Source: Octopus sinensis (taxonomy: Eukaryota). From it: a stretch of 26,203 bases of DNA. The position numbers were made by a program, and so were the translations under genes. The stretch spans positions 1 to 26,203 of the forward strand of contig NW_021834769.1 in NCBI RefSeq assembly GCF_006345805.1, read 5' to 3'. Numbering within the stretch: position 1 is the stretch's first letter; every line of letters begins with the position of its first letter. Positions 1 to 10,262 of this stretch are shown here, piece after piece. The notes under the pieces are model-generated. The model saw only the letters and a list, made by a program, of their open reading frames with translations, made no database searches and was not told where the DNA came from.

Positions 1-115
1 CACAACCACACGACACTAAACATCACCTCACAAACCACACAACACTGCATATCACCTCACAACAACAACCACAACACAAAACATCACATCTCACACACCA
101 CAATAACCAATTACA
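1..115. repeat. Degenerate CA-rich simple repeat
   Basis: CACAAC/CATCACCTCACA motifs reiterated. Confidence 0.75.
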
Positions 116-415
116 GTTTTCGTGTCACGCCATTTGACTCCACAATCTTCAATGAGATGACAGTCAGAAATATTTATCACTCGCTCATCCTATGACATCT
201 TTACGACTACTGCTGCCTTGTTATGACATATTTATGACTGTTGTACAAAGCACAATGGTTCATTTGTTACACATAAGACATACACGACCTCATATGACCT
301 GACATGACATGACCCCTAATTTCTCATACTGCTAATATAAAATATTCAAATACATATACACACACACATATATATATATATATTATATCTATATGTATAA
401 ATAATGAACGCTTAT

Positions 416-1215
416 ATTATTTATTATATTTTTTTATTATTATTTTATTATTATTATTATTATTAGTTGTTGTTGTTGTTGTTGTTAATTGTGATAGTGG
501 TGGTGATAGGATGAAGATGAGGACAATGGCGATGATGAAAATGATGCTGATGAGAGGAAGAATGGTGATGTGATGATTGGAATCACGATGGGGGATGAGG
601 CGGAGGGGTAGCGGAGGAGGATGAAGTGGATGAGTAGAAAGTTTATACTCCCTATATATACTCACAGAGATGATGATAGTGGTGGTGGTGGTGGTGATGT
701 AATAACAGCGGTAGCTGTAGTAGTAACAGTAGCAGTAATAGTAGCAGCAACTGTAGCGGTGATGGTGGTACTGGTGGTAGTAGTAGTAGTAGCAGCAGCA
801 GTAGTGGTGGTGCTGCTGCTGGTGCTGGTAGTAGTTGCAGTGGTAGTGATAGCGGCGGTGGTAGTAATAATTGTAGTATAGTGGTGGCGGTAGTAGTAGC
901 AGTGGTAGCAGTAGTAGCAGTGGTGTGATGTGGTGTGGTGGTGGTAGTAATAATTGTAGTATAGTGGTGGCGGTAGTAGTAGCAGTGGTGGTTGTAATGG
1001 TGTGATGTGGTGGTAGCGGTGGTGGCGGTGGTGGTGGTGGCGTTGGTGGTGGTATTAGTGGTGGTATTGGTGGTGGTGGTGGTGGCGTTGGTGGTGGTGG
1101 TGGTGGTGGTGGTGGTGGCGGCAGCGGTGGTGGTGGTGGTGACGGCGGTGGTGACGGTGGTGTGGTGGCGTGGTGTGGTGGTGGCGGCGGCGGCTGGGTG
1201 GTGGTGGTGGTTGTT
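416..1215. repeat. (TAT)n/(GTT)n then cryptic (GGT/AGT/GCA)n trinucleotide tract, with an 83-bp direct duplication
   Basis: GTAGTAATAATTGTAGTATAGTGGTGGCGG at ~861 and ~944; poly-Val/Thr ORFs are artefacts. Confidence 0.9.
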
Positions 1216-1599
1216 ATAATGATTTATCTATTTATTTGGTGGTGTCTATCCAGTCAGTCAATAATATTTATATTACATTATAATAATAATAATAATAATA
1301 ATTAATAATAATAATGATAATGATAATAATATTACTCCGAAATCAAAATGATGAATCCCCCCCCCACTCCAGAATATTGGAAATATTGAAATAAATAAGA
1401 TAAACAACAACTATAAATACAAATGGAAATGAGTCGTTGTTGATGCTGATGATGCTGATGATGATGGTGATGACGGTGAAGGTGGTGGCGGTGGTGGTTA
1501 ATTATATTCGCATCTAAAAATGATGCCCCTCCTGACCTTAGAACGCGGGAATATTTGCAATAAATAAGAGTGCAAATCTGTAGTGGTAGCGGCGGGGGG

Positions 1600-2200
1600 A
1601 GGAGAGTGGTATGATGGTGGTGGTGGTGGTGGTGGTGGGTGGTAGTGGTGCTGGTAATGGTGGATAGTGGTAGTAATGATGATGATGGTGGTGGTATTTC
1701 TAGTGACAATAATAGTGGTCGTAGTGGTGATGGTAGCGGTGGTGGTAGTGGATGGTTGTGGTGCTGGTAATGATGATGATGATGGTGGTGGTATTTCTAG
1801 TGACTATAATTAATGGTGGTCGTGGTGGTGATGGTAGCGGTGGTGGTAGTGGATGGTTGTGTGCTGGTGGTAATGATGATGATGATGGGTGGTATTTTCT
1901 AGTGACTATACTTAATGGTGGTCGTGGTGGTGATGGTAGCGGTGGTGGTAGTGGATGGTTGTGGTGCTGGTAATGGTGGATAGTGGTGGTAATGATGATG
2001 ATGATGATGATGGTTGTGGTATTTCTAGTGACTATAATGGTGGTTCGTGGTGGTGATGGTAGCGGTGGTGGTCGTGGTGGTAATGGCGTTGGTGGTTGTC
2101 GTGGCGTCGGCAGTGATGATGATGATGATGATAGTGGCGGTGGAAGTGCTGATGATGGCGTTAGTGATGTTGTAGGTGGCATTGGTGGTATTGCTGTTCT

Positions 2201-2245
<45 letters not shown>

Positions 2246-2290
2246 CTGTTGTAGTAGCGACGATGTTGTTGATGCTGATGATGGACATGA
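1600..2290. repeat. GGT/GAT-rich minisatellite, 4 units of ~97-127 bp, followed by (AGT)n
   Basis: Anchor TATTTCTAGTGAC (one copy with an extra T) recurs at ~1695, 1792, 1893, 2020. Confidence 0.9.
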
Positions 2291-2412
2291 ATGAGAAAAC
2301 TGAAGGATTAGCATAATGACCACCAACGCCACCATCCTTACCTTTCTCACCATCACGACCACCATCAACTCTACCAACACTCTGTCACGAGTTGCTTGGC
2401 AATGATACTTCT

Positions 2413-2589
2413 TATTTCTTTATTGCCCACAAGGGGCTAAACATAGAGGGGACAAACAAGGACAGACAAACGGATTAAGTCGATTATATCGACCCCAGTG
2501 CGTAACTGGTACTTATTTAATCGACCCCGAAAGGATGAAAGGCAAAGTCGACCTCGGCGGAATTTGGACTCAGAACGTAGCGGCAGACG
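2413..2589 (-). mobile_element. SINE family A (Meta-domain-like), 5'-truncated single unit with T1 tail
   Basis: Reverse complement has B-box-like GAGTCCAAATTCC, GCCTTTCATCCTTTCGGGGTCGAT core and tail ending AATAAAGAAATA; matches other copies in window. Confidence 0.9.
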
Positions 2590-2770
2590 TTTTTCCGATC
2601 ACCGGATAACTGAAGAGATGGTGGTGTGGATTTCTACCTCGGCATTCGAAACTCTTGGCTACCGAATAATTGTCACATATTACATTTACAGATAAATTTC
2701 CTCTATTTGCATAATATCGAGGTCTCTTTCTTTCTTTTGTTATCTTACCGTTTTAACCAATATATATATA
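2590..2770 (+). mobile_element. Possible PLE terminal-repeat remnant with degenerate hammerhead core, abutting (TA)n
   Basis: CTGAAGAG (2610-2617) ... CGAAAC (2647-2652) with a pairable stem II; stems I and III poor. Confidence 0.4.
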
Positions 2771-3459
2771 TATGGTAGCTGAGATTCGGGAGAAGGGTTA
2801 CATCTGTGAGTTGGTTGCATTCGAGTTTGGTTGACGAAGAAGTTTGGAAGAAGTTTGGAAGACGAAGAAGAAGACAGCAACACTATCACCACTACCACCA
2901 CCAACAACATCACTATAACCTGCACCGGCACAACCGACACTACTACCAAGACCACCACGTCTGCTCTCACCACCAGTACTACTACCTCCATCACAGCACC
3001 TCCAACAGTAGCAAGAACAACGCTACAACCACCTCCCACCACCACCACCACCACTATAACCCAGAGAGAAAATTACTTTTCTGGACCTCACCCCCCCCCA
3101 CGCCGCCCCCATTATCTATATAACAATTCCTAGAGATCAATCAATATCTAATTAGATTTCGATAAACAAACATAAACAGCAACAACAACAACAACAACAA
3201 CAACAGTTAAACTAAACTAATAAATAAACTATAAAATAAATAGCAATTTTTTTTTCTCTTAGTTTTATTTGTTTTGTTTGTGTCGAATTTTTATTTTTTT
3301 TGGTTCCTTCCCGTGATTCCATACAAAATTGCAACGACCTCTTCATCATCTGACTATGACCTCTTAACTCTTGCTCCACCCACCACAGGTCAAAGGTAAA
3401 AACCATTCAGTAAACAAACAAACATGCTGAATTTAATTAATCTATTTTCGATGCTGGTT

Positions 3460-3542
3460 TATTATTATCATCATCATCATCATCATCATCATGGTCGCCA
3501 ATATTATTTTCATTATTATTATTATTATCATTATTATTATTA

Positions 3543-3608
<66 letters not shown>

Positions 3609-3665
3609 CATTATTATTATTATTATTATTATCGTCGTAGTCGTTTGTCGTCAATATTATTTTCG

Positions 3666-3696
<31 letters not shown>

Positions 3697-3862
3697 TTAT
3701 TACTATTATCATTATTATTATTATTATTATTATTATCATCGTCGTCGTCATCATACTTATCTTCATCGTCGTCGTCATTTTCATCATAATCATCGAAGAC
3801 CTCGCCATCATTATCATCATCATCATCATTGATATCGTCATTATATCATTATTATTATTATC
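3460..3862. repeat. (ATC)n/(ATT)n microsatellite complex
   Basis: Direct inspection. Confidence 0.95.
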
Positions 3863-3871
3863 GTCGGTGTT

Positions 3872-4445
3872 AAGGCGGCGAGCTGGCAGAAACGTTAGCA
3901 CGCTGGACGAAATGCTTAACGGTATTTGTTTGCCGCTACATTCTGAGTTCAAATTCCGCCGAGGTCGACTTTGCCTTTCATCCTTTCGGGGTCGATAAAA
4001 TAAGTATCAGTTACGCACTGGGGTCGATATAATCGACTTAATCCGTTTGTCTGTCCTTGTTTGTTCCTTTTGTGTTTAGCCCCTTGTGGGTAGTAAAGAA
4101 ATAGGTATTTCGTCTGCCGCTACGTTCTGTGTTCAAATTCCGCCGAGGTCGACTTTGCCTTTCATCCTTTCGGGGTCGATTAAATAAGTACCAGTTACGC
4201 ACTGAGGTCGATGTAATCGACTTAATCCCTTCCCCCAAGCTGCCCTTGTGCCAAAATTTTGAAACCATTGCTAGCACGCCGGACAAAATACTTAGCGGTA
4301 TTTTGTCGGTCTTCACGTTCTGAGTTCAAATTCCTCCAAGGTCGGCTTTGCCTGTCAGCTCTTCAGGGTCGATAAATTAAGTACCAGTTGCGTACTGGGA
4401 TCAATCTAATCGACTGCCCCCCCCAAAAAAAAATTTCGAGCCTTC
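3872..4445 (+). mobile_element. SINE family A composite: head+body+T1 tail, second body+T2 tail, third older unit
   Basis: tRNA-like head AAGGCGGCGAGCTGGCAGAAACG with B box GAGTTCAAATTCC; junctions at 4103/4104 (GAAATA|GGTATTTC) and ~4268 (GAAACCATT|GCTAGCACG). Confidence 0.9.
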
Positions 4446-4528
4446 CTCTTTTATGTAAGACCCCACACAAACTGTAAACTGCCCTTGTAATGTCCCCTTC
4501 ATCAGATCCCGTTTTGGCAAAAAAAAAA

Positions 4529-4529
<1 letters not shown>

Positions 4530-4596
<67 letters not shown>

Positions 4597-4831
4597 ATGG
4601 TGGTGTTTTCTAATTACTGTTTCTAATATTATTTAGTTTTTCAGTTTTTCTACTAGTTATATATAATTCATATACATGTATGTATATATATATATATATG
4701 TGTGTATGAATGTATATATATATATACATGTATGTGTGTATGAATGTATATATATATACATGTATGTATGAATATATATATATATATATATTCATATACA
4801 TGTATGTATATATATATATATGTGTGTATGA

Positions 4832-4870
<39 letters not shown>
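4530..4870. repeat. (ATT)n/(AGT)n and (TA/TG) compound microsatellite with ~30-bp subunits
   Basis: TATACATGTATGT and TATGAATG motifs reiterated. Confidence 0.9.
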
Positions 4871-4874
<4 letters not shown>

Positions 4875-5138
4875 TTTGCGAGTTTCTTTGTATTTGTGTG
4901 TGTGATTGCGTAAGCGTTTATGTGTTTCTATATATCTGTTCATGCGTTTTTGTGCGTAATTGTGTGTTTGTAAATGTATGTGTCTATATTGTGTCCATCT
5001 GTGTATTGGGTGTATAAATGTCTGTTCTCTTATAATTGCTATTAAAACTTATTTCTAATCGTTTTCTCATTTAGATTTCCTCTCTCAAAATGGCATTTTT
5101 CAAAATAGATATAATACAATTAATATTTATAATTAAAA

Positions 5139-5440
5139 CTAGCAGCATAGCCCAGCGTTGCCCGGGTATGTAAGAGCCCCTAGTAGGCAACGACTGCGAA
5201 AACTACAACAGAAAATGTGTTGCATATAAAAAGCTTAGATTCTCGACCCCTTGTCGAATTTATCGATTTTTCTCAGAACTGGGGGAACTTTTCAAAATTT
5301 TCGCTTCGTTAGTTTTGAATTTTGACATTGGGCTATGTGTGTGTCAAGTTTCATCAGAATCGGTTGAAAGCCGTGGTCAGGGTGAGGGTACAACCTCACA
5401 GACACACAGACAGACAATCTGCCGTTTATATATAGAGAGA
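5139..5440 (-). mobile_element. Non-autonomous Helitron, internally deleted copy (302 bp)
   Basis: On minus strand: A|TC 5' end, subterminal CCCGGGCAACGCTGGG hairpin, CTAG|T 3' end; homologous to 23309-23741. Confidence 0.88.
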
Positions 5441-5577
5441 TACACAAAACATTTGGCCCCGTTGTTGTACTTACGTTTTAATTAGCTGTCTGGTTGCCCA
5501 GTTGATAAGTTGTACGAATCAGATGTTAAAATCCACCGCAACCATTTCATAGCCCTTCAAAGCAGGGCAACCCTGGA

Positions 5578-5775
5578 ATTCATGTGGTCTTGGGAATAGC
5601 CCATTGCAGGACGCCATGACCAAATGTCTTCTATAGCCTCGGACCAACCAAAGCCTTTCCGTTGGAATTGGCAGGTGGAAACTGTGTGGAAGCCTGTCCT
5701 ATATACATGTATATATATGCCTGTGTGTGTATAGCTTGTCGTGTGTGGTGTGTGTGTGTGTGTGTGTGTGTTTGG
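5578..5775 (+). mobile_element. SINE family B (CORE-like), degraded 5' half
   Basis: CAAATGTCTTCTATAGCCTCGGACCAACCAAAGCC ... GGAAACTG..GAAGCCTGTC then TA/TG tract, as in 12186-12587. Confidence 0.75.
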
Positions 5776-5779
5776 TTTT

Positions 5780-6210
5780 TGCATTTGGTTTGAAAGATTC
5801 TTTGTGAATTTGTGTGTTGAAGTATATATTATTGTGTCTGGGGAGAGTCAATGACTGTTGAAGAGGTTGCAAGAAGCAACGAAAATTTTAGAAAAAAATA
5901 ACTAAGTAAATGAGTGGAAATTGAACCGGTGTGTGTGTTAATTAATAAGGCATTAAAACAGAATGACCCTCCCCAAACTCAATAATGTGTGTGTGTGAGA
6001 GAGGAGAATAAGACAAAGTAGAAAATGCTAAAATAATTTTATCATGAAGAACATTTTAGTACCGGTTTCAGCCTTTGTGACTTTTTCAACTTACAGTAAA
6101 GCATGAAAAACATTGAAATTGTGGAAAAATTAAATGAAATGTTTTTTTTTAAATATTTCCATACATCTCAAATGTAAGGGACATTTCCCTTTTTTCTGTC
6201 TCTCTGTTTT
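5780..6210 (-). mobile_element. Insert splitting the family B SINE; possible PLE terminal remnant
   Basis: Non-SINE sequence between the two halves of a B copy; contains a minimal hammerhead fold; boundaries approximate. Confidence 0.4.
6059..6090 (-). ncRNA. Minimal type I hammerhead ribozyme-like motif, U3:A8 core variant
   Basis: G-UUGAAAA-AGUC/ACAAA/GGCU-GAAA-CCGGUA^CU; 4-bp stem II, palindromic ACCGGU stem III, GUA cleavage triplet, short stem I. Confidence 0.6.
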
Positions 6211-6214
6211 ACTC

Positions 6215-6675
6215 TGTGTATGTGTCTTTGTGTTTGTGTTTGTCCTCCCATCACTGCTTGGCAACTGGTGTTGGTGTGTTTAACTCCCCGTAAACATAGC
6301 TGTTCGGCAAAAGAGAACCGATAGAATAAGCACTAGGCTTTAAAAAATAAGTCTTACGGTCGATGTGTGGGTAGTAAAGAAATAGGTATTTCGTCTGCCG
6401 CTACGTTCTGAGTTCAAATTCCGCCGAGGTCGACTTTGCCTTTCATTCTTTCGGAGTCGATTAAATAAGTACCAGTTACGCACTGAGGTCGATGTAATCG
6501 ACTTAATCCCTTCCCCCAAGCTGCCCTTGTGCCAAAAATTTGAAACCATTGCTAGCACGCCGGACAAAATACTTAGCGGTATTTTGTCGGTCTTCACGTT
6601 CTAAAATCCTTCACGGCGGTGCTCCAGCATGGCCGCAGTCAAATGACTGCATCAAGTAAGAATAAAAGGATAAGA
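6215..6675 (+). mobile_element. SINE family B 3' half, interrupted by a 237-bp family-A segment
   Basis: GTTCGGCAAAAGAG..CGATAGAATAAG and GGCGGTGCTCCAGCATGGCCGCAGTCAAATGACT flank the insert. Confidence 0.85.
6366..6602 (+). mobile_element. Family A composite segment nearly identical to 4085-4321
   Basis: By-eye alignment gives 4 mismatches in 237 bp, including the shared T2-tail/head junction. Confidence 0.9.
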
Positions 6676-6704
6676 ATGCAGCACGCGCGCACACGTACAT
6701 GCAC

Positions 6705-6800
6705 GTGCTTCTTCACTGGTTTTGGTCAAGGCCACGCTGGAGCACCGCCTTGTAGTGTCGGTCGTACAGATTAAACCCAGTGCTTGTTTTAAATCTTGGA
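6705..6800 (-). mobile_element. SINE family B 3' fragment, degraded
   Basis: Reverse complement contains AAGGCGGTGCTCCAGCGTGGCC. Confidence 0.65.
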
Positions 6801-7044
6801 CTTGTTCTGTCGTTGCCTTTTAACCAATCTGCATACATACACACACGTTCATACACACATGTTCTAACACACACACACACACACACGTTCATACATACAT
6901 CAGGCACACACTCAAACGCACACGCCCATAGACACACACACACACACACACACATACTAAACACAAAGTTCTTATTTAATCATTTGTGATAAAAAAAAAA
7001 TGGCCTCTGGCAGATAAAAATGTTTCGTCATTTACCGCCCCTAA

Positions 7045-7435
7045 CTGTCTGTGTGTTTGTGTGTGTGTTTGTGTGTGTGTGTGTGTGGTGTGTGTGTTTG
7101 TGTGTGTGGTGTTTGTGTGTTGGGTGTTGTGTGTGTGTGGTTGTGTGTGGGGTGTTTGTGTGGTGTGTGTTTGGTGTGTGTGTGTGTGTGTGTTGTTTGT
7201 GTGTGGTGTGTGTGTTTGTGTGTGTTGTTTGTGTGTGTGTTTGTTGTGTGTGGTTGTACGATGTGTGTGGTGTGTTTGTGTGTGTGTGTTTGTGTGTGTG
7301 TGTTTGCGTGTGTGTTGTGTGTTTGTTTGTTGTGTGTTTGTGTGGTGTGTTTTGTTGTGTGTTTTTGTTGTTGTGTGTGTGTGTTGTGTTTTGATTTGTG
7401 TGTGTTTGTGTGTGTGTGTGTGTGTGTGGTCTGTC
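7045..7435. repeat. Imperfect (GT)n/(GTT) tract
   Basis: Direct inspection. Confidence 0.95.
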
Positions 7436-7724
7436 TGTCTGTCTACGTGCGGCGTGTTACTCGGCCGTCTTTTAAGCCCCCGATTCCTCGTCCACATGTA
7501 ACTGTTAACTATGGCCAATCTCTGATAACATTTGCACTTCCTGAAATAGTATAATAAATAGTTCAGCCAGGTGGGACTTCATATGGGCTTCTGGCTCGCC
7601 TGCGGAACACGTTATCAATAAAGTTATACATATGCACACCACACACACACACACACACCACGCACACTCAGATTCATACATGCGTGTATACACGATTACA
7701 CAATAATACGTACGTGGCTGGCTG

Positions 7725-7802
7725 GCTGGATAGGTAGATAGATGAAATGGATAGATAGAGGGATAGATAGGTAGAGGGTTGGCTAGCGGGATAGATAGAA
7801 AG

Positions 7803-7872
<70 letters not shown>

Positions 7873-7947
7873 TAGATAGGTGGATCGATGGGATAGATGG
7901 ATGGATGGATGGAATTTAGGTAGGTAGGTAGATAGATAGATAGATAA
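7725..7947. repeat. (GATA)n/(TA)n/(GGAT)n compound microsatellite
   Basis: Direct inspection. Confidence 0.9.
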
Positions 7948-7948
7948 G

Positions 7949-8160
7949 TTTCTTTATTGGCCACACAGGGCTGCACACAGATGGGACAAATTACAAGGTA
8001 GAGCTTTTCTTTTGGGGGATGAGACCAAAAAAAAAAAGTCGCGTAGTTTTCGATCAAAAGGGATCGTAAAAGGGGAAAAAAAGGAAAAGAAACAAAAGAA
8101 AGGAAAAATAAAAAAGAGGGAAAAAAAGGGAAAAAAAGGAGGAGAGGAAAAAAAAAGAAA
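7949..8160 (-). mobile_element. 3' end of a LINE-like element (L1/Tx1-like) inserted in (TATC)n
   Basis: T-rich 3' UTR then CTTGTAATTTGTCCCATCTGTGTGCAGCCCTGTGTGGCCAATAAAGAAA; last ~50 nt homologous to the T1 tail of SINE A; clade assignment is inference. Confidence 0.6.
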
Positions 8161-8280
8161 AATAGATAGATAGATAGATAGATAGATAGATTGATAGGTG
8201 GATGGATGGATGGATAGATAGATAGATAGATTGATAGGTGGATGGATGGATAGATAGATAGATAAATAGGTGGATGGATA
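8160..8280. repeat. (GATA)n/(GGAT)n microsatellite
   Basis: Direct inspection. Confidence 0.9.
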
Positions 8281-8477
8281 CGTGCGTACGTGCATGGAAA
8301 AGAGAGCCATTGTCCCAGAATAAGTCGAAACCACACGTTGCACATTTCTCTACCAGAACACTTGTTTGCACATGTTATCTGTTCGCTCAACCGTAACAGC
8401 TCTTTTGATGACCCAATTAATCTAGAATTAAGTCGGTCACAGTTTTTTATTAATTGAAAAGTGAACAAACTAACGAT

Positions 8478-8815
8478 ATGGTCGTAGTTAAGAAGTTCCG
8501 TTCGGAACTATGTAGTTTCGGGTTCAGTTCCCCTGCGCCCCACCTTAGGGCAAATGTCTTCTAATCTAACCCCCGGGCCGATCAATGCCTTGTGAGATAA
8601 TTTGATAGGCGGAAGTTGTGTGAAAATCATCCGTCGTATGTGTTTGTGTCTGTGTGTCTTTATTTGTCTTCATACCCCTTGAGAACAAATATTCGTTTGA
8701 TTACTTCTCCATTACCTAGCGGTTCGGCAAAAGATAACGATAGAATTATTACCAAATTTACAAAGAATATATAACTGCGGTCATTTGTTTGCATAAAACC
8801 CTTTGGAGATCAAAG
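8478..8815 (+). mobile_element. SINE family B, old full-length degraded copy
   Basis: GGGTTCAGTTCC B box, GGGCAAATGTCTTCT CORE-like segment, CTAGCGGTTCGGCAAAAG. Confidence 0.75.
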
Positions 8816-9069
8816 TGATCTTAGATCTGTGGAGTTCCTTAAACGGCCCTTGTTGGAGGTTCTTTTGTATCAAGGGGACTGCATCATTCATGCATTCACA
8901 TATTTTGTATCCTGTGTACCCTTTTATCTCATTTCACTCTCATTTTCCCTTTTTTTCTTGTCTTATGTAAACCCTAAACAACCTTTAAACTGTCCTTGTA
9001 TCGTCCTACTCATTCGACGACCCTTTGACGAATCATTATTATTATTATTATTATTATTATTACTAACGT

Positions 9070-9448
9070 GGAGCACTCCGTCGGTTGAGACGATGAGGGT
9101 CCCAGCTGATACGATCAACGGAACAGCTTGCTCGTGGAATTAACGTGCAAGTGGCTGAGCACTCCACAGACACGTGTACCCTTAACGTAGTTCTCGGGGA
9201 TATTCAGCGTGACACAGAGTGTGACAAGGCTGGCCCTTTGAAATACAGGTACAACAGAAACAGGAAGTAAGAGTGAGAGAAAGTTGTGGTGAAAGAGTAC
9301 AGCAGGGATCACCACCGTCCCTGCCGGAGCCTCGTGGAGCTTTAGGTGTTTTCGCTCAATAAACACTCACAACGCCCGGTCTGGGAATCGAAACCACGAT
9401 CCTATGACCGCGAGTCCGCTGCCCTAACCACTGGGCCATTGCGCCTCC
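9070..9448 (-). mobile_element. tRNA-derived SINE family D with 11-bp TSD
   Basis: Head GGAGGCGCAATGGCCCAGTGGTTAGG (A box) ... GGTTTCGATTCCC (B box); ATTACTAACGT at 9059-9069 and 9449-9459. Confidence 0.9.
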
Positions 9449-9455
9449 ATTACTA

Positions 9456-9668
9456 ACGTAGTGAGCTGGCAGAACCGTTAAACACGCCGGGCAAGATGCT
9501 TAGCGGCATTTCGTCCGTTTTTATGTTCCGAGTTCAAATTCCGTCGAGTTCGACTTCGCCTTTGACCATTTCAGGGTCAATGAAAGAAGTACAAGTTATT
9601 CACTGGGGTCGATGTAACCGACTTATCCCCTTCCCTGAAATTGCGGCCTTGTTCCAAAATATGAAATC
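9456..9668 (+). mobile_element. SINE family A, older full-length copy, T2-type tail then (ATC/ATT)n
   Basis: GAGCTGGCAGAACCG, GAGTTCAAATTCC, CACTGGGGTCGATGTAACCGAC. Confidence 0.85.
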
Positions 9669-9683
9669 ATCATCATTATTATT

Positions 9684-9714
<31 letters not shown>

Positions 9715-9749
9715 TTATCATCATTATTATTATTATTACTATTATTATT

Positions 9750-10030
9750 GAGTGAGAGAGCAGTGCATGCCATCAAAGTGACACTGGGGTAAAATATACG
9801 AAGCCCAGTATACCCATCATGACTACCCGTCTGATAAGGGTACACCAGGCACATGCATCACAACCATATGTGCGTGACATGGTGATCTCATATCAAGGTA
9901 AACAGCGCATGACCTTGCAGGTGGGGCCCAGTTAGAATTTTCTTCAGGTCGAGTAGCCCATCCCGCTCAAAAGGTCCCTGAATAAGGGTTGTTTAAGGAT
10001 GTTGAAAGAACCACCTATGTTTCCAGAGGT
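9750..10030 (-). mobile_element. 5'-truncated non-LTR retroelement 3' end with (AAT)n tail
   Basis: Unique GC-balanced ~280 bp ending CTCTCTCACTC(AAT)n on minus strand, embedded in (ATT)n; orientation inferred from tail. Confidence 0.55.
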
Positions 10031-10045
10031 ATTATTATTATTATT

Positions 10046-10262
10046 AAAGCAGCGAGCAGGCAGTATCTTTAGCGTACTGGACGAAATGCTTAGCGGTATT
10101 TCGCCCCGTCGCTACGTTCTGAGTTCAAATTCCGCTAAGGTCAATTTTGCCTTTCATCCGTTCGGAGGTCGATAAATTAAACCACAGTGAAACACTAGGG
10201 TCGATGTAATCGACTAGTCCCTTCCCCTTAAATTTCAGGCCATGTGCCTTTGGTAGAAATGA
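10046..10262 (+). mobile_element. SINE family A, full-length diverged copy
   Basis: GACGAAATGCTTAGCGGTATTTCG, GAGTTCAAATTCC, GCCTTTCATCCGTTCGGAGGTCGATAAATT; (ATT)n both sides. Confidence 0.88.

Noticed and set aside
285-316. Clustered TGACCT/TGACCC nuclear-receptor half-sites
   Set aside because: Explained by a short (CATGA)n pentamer repeat
417-2380. Poly-Val/Thr/His/Gly ORFs
   Set aside because: Trinucleotide repeats lacking stops in several frames
2806-3133. His-rich and Thr-rich (mucin-like) overlapping ORFs
   Set aside because: Low-complexity CAC/ACC sequence, alternative start codons, no clear splice sites
4485-4512. Minus-strand CUGAUGAAG (similar strings at 13862, 19603 and in the Helitrons)
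   Set aside because: No stem II-GAAA-stem III downstream
5469-5560. Minus-strand GTAAGT donor
   Set aside because: Stops in all frames upstream with no matching acceptor
8290-8468. Minus-strand frame ITCANKCSGREMCNVWF with a C-x3-C-x5-C pattern (PAN/apple-like)
   Set aside because: No donor site; the frame runs into microsatellite; the pattern is too short to be significant
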